From Trichoplax sp. H2 (Eukaryota), in NCBI GenBank assembly GCA_003344405.1, contig NOWV01000021.1, positions 744,001 through 808,000 on the forward strand: a stretch of 64,000 nucleotides of DNA, given 5' to 3'. Below the pieces are notes generated by a model, which ran no database searches, had not been told where the DNA came from, and worked only from the letters and a program-made list of their open reading frames with translations. Shown here piece after piece: positions 26,075-40,100 of the stretch; position 1 is the stretch's first letter; each line of letters starts with the position of its first letter. A program made the position numbers and the translations under genes.

Positions 26075-28044
26075 ATGGCGACCATGTGGCGCAGTTTCCG
26101 CAATCAAATCGCAGTATACAGAATTTTAGCTGACAATGTATAACAATTTTGCATGATTTAAGAGTTGAAATAAGCTCATTTTTGAACGTACCATGAAAAT
26201 CTTGCCTATTTTCTTTAGATTTGGTCCACCAATAAACTTGTAGCTGTCAATCAGCATAGGTAAGTCGATGTCGAGCATCTTCGTTGTACAATGTCCATAT
26301 ACTGCATGCAAGAAAAGGCAAGGAGATCGTTCGGCGCTATAATGCAATGCTCGATTTATGCCAAAGCAATTGTTAATTACACTTGGATTACAATGGTTGT
26401 GTAATTGTAATATTACCATTGCATTGAGTAATTGATTAATGCAAAAATCTTCGCAACTTGAATAATCCAGTTAGAATTACACCTTGCCTAGATCATGTTA
26501 ACATTGCGATCTAACCTTAGGTTTATGGGCAACACAACTTCATTGCAGCCCAAACAAGCGAAAAAGGTTAGTATACTCGTAATAGCGATGCTAATAAATG
26601 ACTAACTAATGGAGATTATCATGTAATAAACTTAATTTAATAGATATGTACAGTATTTATCTTTGAATATATCTTACCACGCTTGAAAGAATGGATAGAC
26701 GTATTTCTGCGTGCACTAGTGAAAGGTCTGCATCGTGCTATCACACCAATTAATGAATTCATTAATCAGAGATCAAGTACTACACTGCACAGTACAACAG
26801 GCAAATCTATTAGTACTTTAACTGCATTATTCCATTTGAGGATTAAAATTATTCTAAGAAGATTGCTTAAAGAACATACGCATATACTGATCTTCGCTAC
26901 AGTTTCAATAAAGTACTATTCCCGCTACATTATAGGCGTAACAGACCAATATCAGTCACACTTTATATAAGTAACGTAACCAGACAAATCAATTGGCGAC
27001 CTATGTATTGTATAAGATACTGGGAATAGATATACTACCTAAACAGTAGTAAGAAATAGTATTTTGACATCAATTTTGTCCCCCGAAAACAATTATATGC
27101 AAAGAAATGCATTCTTGTATTCTTATCCTTATACATACGGTACTATGAATAGATATTTTAACTGTAGTTATAAGAAAAAGAGTTTTTACATCCGTTAATT
27201 GAGAAATCATATAACAATATACAAATTAGATACATTTTGAAATAGATCATTTCTACTCATCATTAAAATAAACAGGCAATTGACGATGGCAATCAAGTAC
27301 TCTATGGAGAGATTTCTATCAAAATTTTAGGAAACGATTTCGCTGTGTTAGACAGCTATGCCAAATTTCTTCGTATGGCTGCAAATAATCTTAAAATTAA
27401 AATTTCTGGAAGGTTAGCTTTCATCTCCTTCATTTTGATATCGCACTAAATACAGTCTTATACATCAATCATTTACAAATACACGTCAATAGTAATTAAC
27501 AGTGATCGATATTCTTCATTATAGGGTTGATCTACCAGCCAAGATTCAAAAATTTACTGTATTAAAATCGCCTCATATCTTCAAAAAGCACCGTACACAA
27601 TATGAAGTTAGAACACATTCTAGAATATTAAAGGTTACACAAATATAATCAAAATTTAGTCTTGTTATTCTAGAATTTCAATCAAACTGGACTTTATGAT
27701 ATTGCGTCTGTTGAATATAATTCTACTTACTATGGTATTTCATTCATTCCATTGACTAGGTAAGAAATTTAACTGCTAAGACTGCTGATATCTACCTAGA
27801 ATACATACAAAGAAATATACCCGAAGGAGTAGCTATGACTGTATTCGAGGTGATATGTGCAAGCCAATAAATTATTATATCTATATTGCTATATAGCATG
27901 CAATCATTAATTTAGCAGCTTCAGGGATGATAATTTTAATTGAACGTAATGTACGGTACCATATAATAGAAAGAAATGGTACAGTTACCAAGTTACTTGA
28001 AAACAGAAGCAGCCAAATCAAACGAAGCAAAAGATAGTGAATAA
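26075..28044 (+). CDS. MRPS10: Mitochondrial ribosomal protein uS10m (MRPS10), about 178 aa; 7 exons, missed by the ORF track
   Basis: Exons are 26075-26113, 26219-26259, 26521-26566, 27276-27412, 27525-27633, 27760-27849 and 27970-28044. The N-terminus [20 protein letters not shown] is presequence-like. It continues [49 protein letters not shown] and [19 protein letters not shown], matching MRPS10. Confidence 0.93.
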
Positions 28045-31000
28045 ATTAGTAAGTGTAAGTGTAAAGACAATTTAGTAATTTTTTTTATAGCCTATATAAC
28101 AATTCAATATCATCTATTCTGCTCTCCCTAGTTCCATATTGGAATGCAACCTGGTCTATATTGCAATGCAATACATTACCTCTGCATAAAAGATTGTAAC
28201 AATATTCAAGTGTAGACCACTATCTAATCACTTGGCTCTCTTACAATTTAAAAATGGCTTTTTATATAAATTCAATTTCGATGCCCTAAATTACTCGGTA
28301 TTGTACCATTCATGCAGTAACATAAAGTTATATCATCATCGAAATAATACAATGATGTGATTGTGTAAAACCTCTCAGTTCTATTCTCATCTTGTATGAA
28401 TATTAATAATGTTATACCTATTTCTTAAAATCGTAACCAATAGCCAGAGACTGATACAGTATATCAGTCAGATATGTTACAATTTTTAACGCAAGAAATT
28501 ATACGATTGATGACTGAAATCAAATCATTAAAATATGTAAATATTCCTATATATCTGTACTTTGGGAGATCTACGTCTGGTTGGCTATTAAGAACGTTTA
28601 CAATACTAAAAATTTTTATCAGATAAAAACAATACGTTTCTATCAAAAGTATGTAGACCATTGATTACGTTAACACTATAAATGATCTAGTAATATTTAG
28701 AGGTCTCCTTACTGTAATCAAGAATATTGATCGACAACTGTAACTATCTAATTAAGGATAGAATTAGTATGTAAAATTTTAATTACAATTATACTTATTA
28801 TTTCAGTTAGCGAAAAATTTCTATACTTAAATGCAGCCATTGATAAATTTACATCGATAGTCAAATATGTAGTATCTCTGATATATAATTATTTTTAACA
28901 TTAGCTATTGTATTAGTGTATATGCACTTAAAATATAGATGTTCAAACAGCTGTTATTTTAAATTAGCAAGTAATGTTAGATTTTTTACCAAATCATCAT
29001 AATCCATAAGTTATGGCAAGTTGCTCACTGTCAATAATAATAGTTAACACCAGTCTAATTCGCAAATAATATAATTATTAGTCAAAATCGAAACAGCTTC
29101 TTCGTACTGTATTCGTATTAAAGCATCTGGTAATCGTTAGATAGGTTAGGTAGTGATAGGAGAGACGTATTAACGGCCTTTTCATATTGAAGTATTAGAT
29201 TAATTATTATTATTTTACCGGTATCTAACGACTAACATTACTGTTTCGATAACGTTGGATTAAATTGTTATCAGTTAAATTAGCATTCCAAATAACGATA
29301 TTTATCCATAATAAATGGAGACACGTTACCAGTGTAACAAAGATGTAAAAGAATTTATTTCGAAAGGCTATAATAAAATTAGATTTTCGTACAAAGTCTA
29401 GTTATAGCAATCGTAAAACAAGCGATATATCAGATTCATTTTGACTAGTTCAAACTCTAAAAAATTTTTTATAACAGTTCTTTCTATACTCATAAAAATT
29501 TCTAATTTACATGGAAATTATTCTCACCCACCGCGGTGAAGTAAATCTTAAAAACCGGAGTAATTTTATAACCTTTAAATTACTCTCTTTACATACGCGT
29601 ACGTATGCGCATTTATCAATTCAATTTTAAAGTCTTCATTTGGAACTCTCAAGCTCAACTTAATTTAAATCAATATTATCATCTACACCTAGTAAATTTA
29701 CTACGACCCAACACTTTTTATAAAATCTCATACCATCCAATTTCAATATCTGATAATATTTTCTATTCTATAGCATTGTATCATAACATTTGTTACAAAT
29801 CTCTATTTACTAATATCATTGTGAAATTAGCATATTAACATCCAGTATTATCTAAAGTGGCTTTCACTAGATGCTACCAACGGGATGATAAATTTTAGTT
29901 AATGTGCTATCCAAGACATTTAAAATCATGCAACGTAAATTCAGCTGGCCTATTATAGGTAACAGTAATCACTGACAGGTTCCGAAATAGAATCAATGGT
30001 ACCGGTATTGGATTTTAAAACGGATAGAAATATTTTTTAAACCGTATTGCCACGAAATTAAGAGTACTGTTAGCAATTATGAATCTCTCGTTCTGTAAAT
30101 CATAATATTGCAAACAGTAGTACTATACATATATTACCGTATGGAACAATATGCAACTACTGTCAACATCTAAATACTATTATTTTCCGTTTTGTTCCGT
30201 GTGTCTAACCAGATATTATTTATAAACTACATTGCGACAGAAACATTAAAAATAATATTCGATCGGAATTAATAGCTTAACCTACAATTTTCAATAATTT
30301 CTGTATAGTCAACTAACTTAGAATAACATTCTTTAGGAGTATTATTACTTCCAAAAATGAATAACAAGATTCGGTTAATGTATGCCATTATAGGTTACGT
30401 TGGTAAAATTTTCGTTTGCTCCACTAACTTAGCAATTAATTGCCCATTCCTTTTCGCCCTCTTTTATCTCTGTCTTCTTGATCTATCATCATGAATACGT
30501 AATAAATATATAGATTAAACTGATTATATCATTGATTTAGTTCCATTTTTAAGTAACTGATCAACAAGGATATGATCTGTTGTAGGATTGAATTAATATG
30601 ATCATTTTAAAAATTTTAAAATCTATTAAAATTAAATTTTGAATTAACGAAGCACTTGTACAAATAATCTCTCAGTTCATATTTGATGGGATAGATATGC
30701 GGTATTTGATTTTCGATCATGATGTTGAAATATTCGCTATATCACTTTTATATTATCAAAAGACATTACCAGCGCAGATGATAAATTCGATTATAGCTTA
30801 ATCGTGTCTTAGCAATACTTTATACGATAATTTATCCAAAATAAAAGTAAATTGTTAGCTTAACTAGATCAGTTACGAAATCATACACATTAGATCCGAA
30901 AATTGCCATAAGGAATCATAAATGCTGTATTTATCAGCATTTATTTTAAAAGTGTTTAGCCACGACAATGCAATACCTGCTCTTTCTTATCATGTTCTAA

Positions 31001-31181
31001 TACTCATGGTATGATAGAGAAACAGATATGATAGCTATTCACTTTAAAGACCATTAAATCAACTATGTCTTGATTATAAATTATGGACCTAGATGATTTT
31101 AGTACATTATGTAGGTTTACAGACTGTGTATTAGTCACTAGTAAAATTTAACCCTAGAATTTATTAATCAGCTATTGCAGC

Positions 31182-34100
31182 CTAATAATATAAATGGCCT
31201 TTGTCTATTCTCAGTTCTCTTTTAATTGCTAGATATTCCATCTTGAAACATAATTTACTTTTTGGTATGAAATGATTACCGATTACACATGTCTATTAAA
31301 GTTTTACCTTACTGATGATATTATCTTGGCATGCCATTCTAATACGTTCTGCTGTAGCAGGACTATTAAATTCGAAACTCTTCGATAAGTTGCGATCCAG
31401 CCTTCAATAATTAAATGAAAGAATGATTGGATTGCAACCACGGTACCATGTTATTTCTAAAGTTATGCGAACTATTAGCTCGTTATTCTAACATTAATAT
31501 TAAACATAAAAATTAACAGTATTTAATTCAAGCGACGAAATTGCTATAAGATAGAAATTACGTATTAAATTAAACGAGCTCAGTATATTTATATCAATAG
31601 CTAAATCATATAAAATTTTTTAATTTAAAAATTCGAGTGTTTAGAATTTAACCAGTGTTACAAATCTTCTTTGTAAAAGAAACCGGGTCTTAAACACTAT
31701 CTTCACTAGTACTTGTGTTCCAAACTAACTTAGGGACCTATCGTAGTTGAACTAACTCTCAGCTACACAAAAAAAACTACTATAAAAGGACTGTTATTTA
31801 CCAATTCAAAACTTAATCTTGATTTAAAATATAAGTAGTCGTATACTTTTAAATAGTCTGTTAATGTTCTAATTCAATACTGATATAATAACCAACAAGT
31901 ATTCTACGGCCAATAACGGCACTAATGCTGCAAAACTATCAGATACAACTTCACAGATAGACTATATTACCAAGAAAATATCATTAATGTGCGTATCCGG
32001 GTATACGAGTATAAACACTTCCCGCTAAATAAAAACTACAAAATATGATATGCTTAAATTCTACTGGTGTCGTTTGATTATAGGAAAGCTTTTAAATAAA
32101 TAAATCTATAGAAGATCCAAGTTTACCGGCATGCTTGAACAGCATTTTGGATGGCTAAGAAAACGGACGTTGCTAACGGTAAAGTTGGCTCGCCTATAGC
32201 CTATTCTCACAGAATACAGTTCAATCAAATCCAATAAATGTGATTCAGACTAATTGCAATCAACTTTTCATACTCTGCAAGTACTACGATATCAAAAAAT
32301 ACTAATTATTTCATCTGGCAAAGGTAAGTATTAAGAATCACTCCTAACCTTGGATGAATAAATAGCTTTATCGTTAAACGAATTACGAATCAAAGCAACT
32401 TGAAATTCTCTTGGTATATCCCTTGCAGTGGGGATTTTATAATTTTCAGGACTATTCATAAGTGGTATACCTTCAGGCGTGTGATATAATTGTTCAATTG
32501 TGTATAAACCAATACCTTGTACAAAACCACCTTCCACCTAGAAATAGAAAAGATTTCATCTAGCACAGTTATCATATACGAACAGGATAGTTAAAAATAG
32601 TAAATTCTGTTAAATACACATTAGGTTGAGAAAACAGCATTATAGGTAAATGAATGAAATACTAAAGCCGTACCTGACCAATATCGATAGCAGGATTTAA
32701 ACTTTTTCCTACATCCATCACAATGTCAGTTCGTAAATTCTGATACAAAGGTGATTCATAAACAGTAGTTATAGAATACAATTAATTATGAAGTATATTT
32801 GAATAGAAGCAAGGCATCTGATCTAAAAATACTAATATAAATGTTTATATCTGAAATTTAAAATAATTCCTCTTTAATGTCCAAACACTGACTTGATGAT
32901 CGCCAGTCAAGGTATCAATTTCAACTTCGGAAACAGATGCTCCATAAGTATAGTATTTAATACCTCGCCCCGTTTTAGTTTCAAAACTGAACGTGATTGG
33001 ATTTGGTTCTCTATTCAAGTAATAGAGAAACGCCAAGGTAGCGATAGTTAAATCAAGCTAGCATCTCATATATGTATGATGATAGTATATTTCTATTTTG
33101 ATATAGTATCGATACTTACACGAAATATCCTGCAGCCGATAGATTTACACGATTGTAGTATGCCGCAATAATCTTAAATAAAAATCCAGAATAAGAGAAG
33201 AGGTAATGATAGAAAAATGTAATAAATTTGTAAATAGGAAAGTTCTGTACCAATTCTACCCAGTTTGCTGTTGGCATTGTGGCACGAATCGGATCAAGTC
33301 TCTCCTTTAATTTTTCACAAGCATCCTATAATTACAAATCAATGATAGGATCTTACATATGTATAAACGGAAAGGAGTCTAGTTCTACTCATAATCAAAT
33401 AAGGTTTAATAGGTTATGAATACGGTACACGAATGTGAGCTGTTTAATATTTTCTATCTAATGATTAGTCTTTACTTTTGTTGCAGCACCATACAAATCC
33501 GTAGCCGAAGAATTAGAAGTTTCAGTAGCATTAGGAATGACAGCAGTACTAGATTCAATTAAATGAATCTTCTCTTTAGGTACGCCAAGTATATGAGAAC
33601 AAATCTTTAAGAATAGAATATTAACATCAAACCTTGAAAACGAAATCACTTCTAAATTTATATAAATAATTATAATTCTTTTGAGAGCAGTTTAACTTTG
33701 ATAGTGACGATTTTACCTGAACTAGTTTTGTATTTAAACCTTGACCAATTTCAATTCCTCCGTGAAAGAGTAAAAGTGATCCATCAGTATAAACCTGAAT
33801 TAAAGCTCCAGCCTAGGATAGAAAATGAGCATTAAAAGGATATGCAAGTGTACTATACTGTCGAAGGTATCGTTGAAGCTTTAGTGCTTGGAAGTGGAAA
33901 ATTTTAGGTATAGTATATCGGCTAAATGATTTTATTAGCAGTTAATCTATTTTAATACAAAAGTATAGGCCTATATCAACCAAAAAGTAAAATTTATACT
34001 AATTCATCACCGATACACTATTACTTTATAGGCGTATGTTTGGTTTATAGTTAACGCTATACCTGCTCCATAAATTTAAATCCAAGATAGCCAATCCCAA

Positions 34101-37100
34101 ATGAACTTGGGATGATGGCAATACCCCGCTTTTTAAACCGATTCTTTCTAGATCATCAATAAAACATTACCTTAAGAATTAAGACAAATTAAATAATGGT
34201 ATTTCTAAATTTTACTGAATTCAGTATTGGTATGTACTATTGAACAGGTAAGATTGTCGAGGGTATTATAAACCACAAATGTGTACTAATTTTAAGCCCG
34301 TATCATCGATATATTCCCATAATTGCAATTCGCTTAAATTAATTACAGTACACTAGCCAATCTCAAGTATAATTGATACCTCTCGCTAATTATGCTGAGC
34401 ATCACTTTAAGCTATATTTTATAAAATAACCATACATTTGCCAACTTTACTTAGTCATTAGATATTTTCCGAAGTAAATCATTTTTACAGGATGAACTTA
34501 TAGTATATCAGTAGTTATATTAATCTCAAAACCTTTAGGTGGCATCTAACCGGAGTCAAACAAAATAAATTTTATCGTACTTGTTAAATATTTCGATTTG
34601 TTGTTTACGATTATCATAATCGCTTCTCTGAATTAATTCATCCCAGACTTTACGAATCTGACAAGTCTCTAGCTTTTGATTAAATGGAGAAACATAACCA
34701 TCGATATGCAAGCACATTTCTCTAACCTATAAATTACCGTTTATATATAGATGCAACAACGTAAGAGATCTACGTTATTGTGTATAAAAGATTAAGCGCG
34801 AGATTACGGTATAGGTATCTACGAGTATTAGACTACAAAGTTACGCATAGAGTATTACTTTTCTCTGGCTTATTTCACAACGATTGGCTACTTCGGTCAT
34901 GATTTTTTCCGTTATCCAGATTGCCTAATTATTATGATAAAGCATATATATTTTATTGGGATATTATTTCAATCGGCTAGTAGCAATACTATATTTTATG
35001 AATGGCAATTATATTATGATGATAAGACCGACTGGGAAACAATCAATAAATTGAAAATTAATAATTATAGCAATTAATTTTCGATACGAATACATAAGTT
35101 TTGCAATAGTATTATTATGAAAGCTACCTGGGGAGCACCAAATCCTCTAAATGCTGTAGTTGATGAAATATTTGTTTGGCAAATAGAACCACTATAATCA
35201 CAATTTTCAATCATATAAGATCCAAACAATCTGATCATAGAATAGTTCATAACCTAAAGTAAAGGAGCATTAAATAACTTCTTTACATAAAGAAAATATA
35301 ATTCAGTTCTCTCCGATTTACTCGTTTCCAGGGATACTATAATTCGTAATTTATAGAGGAAAATACTTTTAAAGAGTTATTGCTTAAGCACACCGATAGC
35401 GAAAGATCTCTAGAATATCCAGAATTGCTGTACATTCTAATTTGAATCGCTTGAATATGGCCGTCATTATTAAAACCAACCTAAAATAGTTTTAAATTTT
35501 GTACAAATTGAAAGAAGAATGCAGACCCGTAGAGCCTTTCTTCTATTGTAATTATAAAATAGATCTTCCAGTATAATAACAGCATATCTATAATTTGATA
35601 TTTTGTATCTTGGTAATTTCCATATTAATTTAAAAATGAAAATTAGCACGATTCTAATCTATACCTTATATTTTGCTAAATATGGGGCTCTACTGCCTTT
35701 AATTGCCATATCAACATGTCTATCAATCATCAATCGGATTGGCCTTTTCAATCTGAAATCAAATAAGCCTTAATTTAGTAATACTAAATGCAAGAGCAAA
35801 ATCGATGCTGTAAAACATATATGATAGATATAATTAGAATTTATTTCTCATACTTTCTAGCAGCTACGGCTACACCGGCGGATATGGAAGCTATCCTAGT
35901 ATTCTTACCGCCAAAACTACCGCCTAAAATATTAATGTTAGAATTGTGTTGTTTTAATTCATCAAAAGTTAAAATATTGTATTCATGAAATCTAACTGGT
36001 GTCACATAATGAATAAAATAAAACTAACAATATCTCTCCATCTTAAATATGAACTATATTTTTATAAACTTAATCATGTTTTATATTCAGTATATGAAAC
36101 GCGAACATTTAATATCACATATGCTTTTATTACGCTATTCATAAGAGTACTATGATTAATTGCAAATATATATATCTAAAATCATGTATAGAAGCAACTT
36201 TTAACATTCATAGAAATGCATGAAACGCATAATATGCCACACACCTATGCGTTTTATGTGGCAAACTATACAGTTCATAGGTATTGCTAATGTTTCTGAA
36301 ATAACTGATTGCACCAAATCTAAACACTGGGTAGCAACATGAACATCCAGTTCCATTGCTTCTGCTCTAGGTGTAACAATAACACATTGATTTTCCATGT
36401 AAAAGTGCTCCTAAACTCAAAATGAAGAGAAATCGAATTGCATGCTCAAAGCCGCATATAACATCTAATCTAAGTGAGAAAATTAATTTCAGGTCTATAA
36501 AGCGATCATTAAGCCACATGAGAGAAAGTTAATACCCAAGAAGATAGATAATTCTTTCCGTCGAAAGAGATATTATTATAGCCCTACCTGACCGCCCATT
36601 CGGATTTCATCCTCAATAATGTGGTGAGAGTTGAGAAATCCATTCTGTATGTTTCCACTTGTTAGATGAAATGTTTCGAAAATAGATTCTTCTTTAATTG
36701 CATCCTGAAATAGGATATGTAACATGATATCGACTTTCATTATCCTGGTATTAATCTATATTTATGATACTTCAAGAATCGACAATTACTCATCATCACC
36801 TCAATAGTTAGAATTGCTGGTAGATCTTTATAACTTATTTTAACAAGCTTAACCGCTTCATCGGCAATTTCTTTACTTTCAGCTATAATCAATCCAATCA
36901 TTTGACCATGTGAGGTTACCTGACATACAGTATATACGTAAAACAATTGAGACTATAAATTTATGGTCATCTAGAAAGTATTATTATTATGTTGTGGTAT
37001 TATTAATGAACCTTATCATTTAAGAATATGTATTCATCATTCGCCACTTCTCCATATCGGTTTGATCCAGGTACATCTTTTGCCGAAATGTACTCATGAA

Positions 37101-40100
37101 CGCCAGGCAATGAAATTGCTTCATCATAATTAATTGATCTGCCAAGAGAGAGAAATTATATATTAAATTAGATAGACAATTAACATCTGCTATAAATGCA
37201 CACATCTAATCATTATTTGGCTGTTCAATGTTCGTATACAAAATAAAATCATATTGCGGTGCAATATTAGGACATCAACTTATCTATGAAATTTTACTTA
37301 CTCTATAATAGCATGAGCTCTTTCGCTTAACACGATACTTGCATGTAATTCATCTAGATTCACCCCCAAGTAACGACAAATAGGCACAGTATTGGTATAA
37401 CCTCAGAGTACAAACTGATCGACAAAATTACAGAATCTTACTCTTATATTCAGGTATATCCATTAAGTATTGTGCTTCTCCGGTAGTTTGCTGCAATGCC
37501 GTGAGATGTACAATAGGTCGCCTTAACGCATCATCCATTACCTGTTTAGGATTGACTTTCTATATGTTTTAAATGATTTTTTTATGAAAATTAGTTTGTG
37601 GCCTCAACCAGTATCTTGCTTAACCTAAAGAATTTATAGGATTGCTACTGAAACAATTTCTAACCCACCATTAGATGAATTAAACACTATATGATAGTTA
37701 AAAGGGTGAAAGAATAGCTACAATACGATATTGATCCTGGTTACAGAGCTAGGAATAGTTACTTCGAAAATTTGAATTCCTTTGGAAGGACAGCGACGAA
37801 TATTAGTTTTCACGCTAGAATCAATATTCGGATCCTGCGACAAGGAATAGTGAAATAATGTAATACATTGCGTTATTATAATGAGAATAAGAGTGTTTTT
37901 AAAGTTGTTTTGATTTATTAAATAATCTCCGGAATAATTATAAGAAATAGCTAGTTACCTCCGCAGAGATCTCTGATAGAACTTGCATAAAAAATTTAAA
38001 AAAGAAACTAGCTGCTAAGACTTTCCTGTATTCAGTAGCACCACCTTTGGCAGAGAATGGTAGAGGCAAGTCTTCACCAATTAATGCAATAGCATCTTCA
38101 AGCATTGCTAAATTCCACTCCCTATCAATATAAGTAGTATGCAAGTCGTAGGATTGAATTGTACTTAAAATTATTACGATTTTGATCAAATTGTTATCAA
38201 AGAATGCCAATAAAACAGGAGAGCTCCATTTAAAGTACTAAAATACTGATCTAGTCAATTTCGAAAGTGCAAGATAATAAACGAAAATTACTCTTAATTC
38301 AAGATCTTATTGAAATAGTTCTACCGTTTTTAGAAAATAAGAATAGAAAAAAATTACTAAAATCCAGTCGTACCTTCCAATTAAAGCCGATGATGTCTGC
38401 TTTGCTATCAATATCTTTGATCCCATACCCCCGTAAGCTAATGTACAATCTTTAACCAATCCAGGGGTATCGAAAATAGATCTATTCAAAATTACACGTA
38501 AGCCAGCATTGACGATAGCAAATGAATTATCATATCGACGCGATTGTTTATAACAAAACATATATTCATTCTGATAAAGGAAAAAGAAATAATGGTTATT
38601 TGTGAGATTGGATCATTATCATTTGGCTAAGCTGACAAACTGTAGCCTATCTAGTTATATATATACACGTATCATTAAGTTTCACCGTCAATTGAAAGTA
38701 CAGCAGATATACCTCGGTAGAAAATGGAATTACAATAGAGGTTAAAATTTCTTGAGAAGTTAATTCACATTTTCCATCATTAGTAAAGAACGTATCGTCA
38801 ATAACAATTTGCTTCTCTGATCCTAATTTTAATTAAGGTAGTTAAAAGCAGATTTAATTACGTGTAAACCAAAAGTTAGGTGTGGACGAAATTCATTAAA
38901 GAAATATACCAGGCGATATGATTCAACTAATACGTCTATTACCGTCTAATGATTTTATTCTGAGCTGACATTTAGCTCCGACTAAGATAGTACATAAATC
39001 AGATGTTGATCTTGCAGTGACTAGATTCCCAGCTAGGCTCTATACATGATGCATAGAATATATTATTAATAGGAATAGAATCCAATAGTAGCTATATAGT
39101 TTTATACGACTACTATTGATTTTTACAGTAATGGAAATTCAATATAGAAAGAGTGATCAACTTAATATTAGCTACTAATATTGCATTTATCCCTAACATG
39201 AATATAATATAATATAATACACAATAGCTATGGTTAAAGGTATAATTATAAATACTTATTACCGTTGACTTTAACTAAAATTACAATGTGAATACAGTAT
39301 AGTAAGAATAATTAATTTGATATTTAGTATGGTACTTGTTATTAATTAAAGATCAAATATAGGGTTTGAATATTGATTCGGTATTAGTATCCTATTAATG
39401 TTTATAACCATAACAGAAATTACTTGAATTTGATTAAAATTTGTTCTATTAAGACTTACGGCTACATTTCGAACTTGGCAGCAGCCGATACGCTTTAGCA
39501 TGGTGATAAATGCACTGAAAATGCGTGTTTTATATTCTATACAAAATGGATATGAAAGTAATACAGTAGTTTTAAATTTAGTTGAATTCTATTCATTGTG
39601 AATTACTAATAGAATTTTTACTGAGCGAATACAAAACTGCAATGACAATTTTAAATTTTTACGATATAGTAATAATAGTTATCTAATTCAATAAAAAGGA
39701 ATCACAACCCATGTTTATAAATGATATCAGCCGGTATGGCTATACGTGGATGTAACTTAAAATTGCAATATCATAATTGATATTACATGAAAAACCATTT
39801 AGAATATTTTTATGTTTATATAAACTTATAGTGACTGTGTATTAATAATATAATGGACTATTTATAGCCTATAACCATCAGATTCCACTATCCATGACTT
39901 GTTATAGATTATGATTTCATAAAATTTCGTCAATAATCAATGTTACTATCGTAACAAACATAGTTTAAATTGATACAGTAGAGACTGTATCTATAGATAT
40001 TGACCTGGTAGTTGCATAATTATTCTTTCTAACTCTTTCATCAAACGTGAAATGGTAACTGAGGCACCAACTAAAACTCCATCGTCTAGTTTTTCAATAT

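Noticed and set aside
26126..26970. ORFs 26126-26419 (-) and 26683-26970 (+)
   Set aside because: They are antisense to or intronic within MRPS10 and lack recognisable domains.
28045..31181. Short ORFs in the MRPS10 to AOX-like interval
   Set aside because: They are low-complexity AT-rich translations with no consistent exon chain found.
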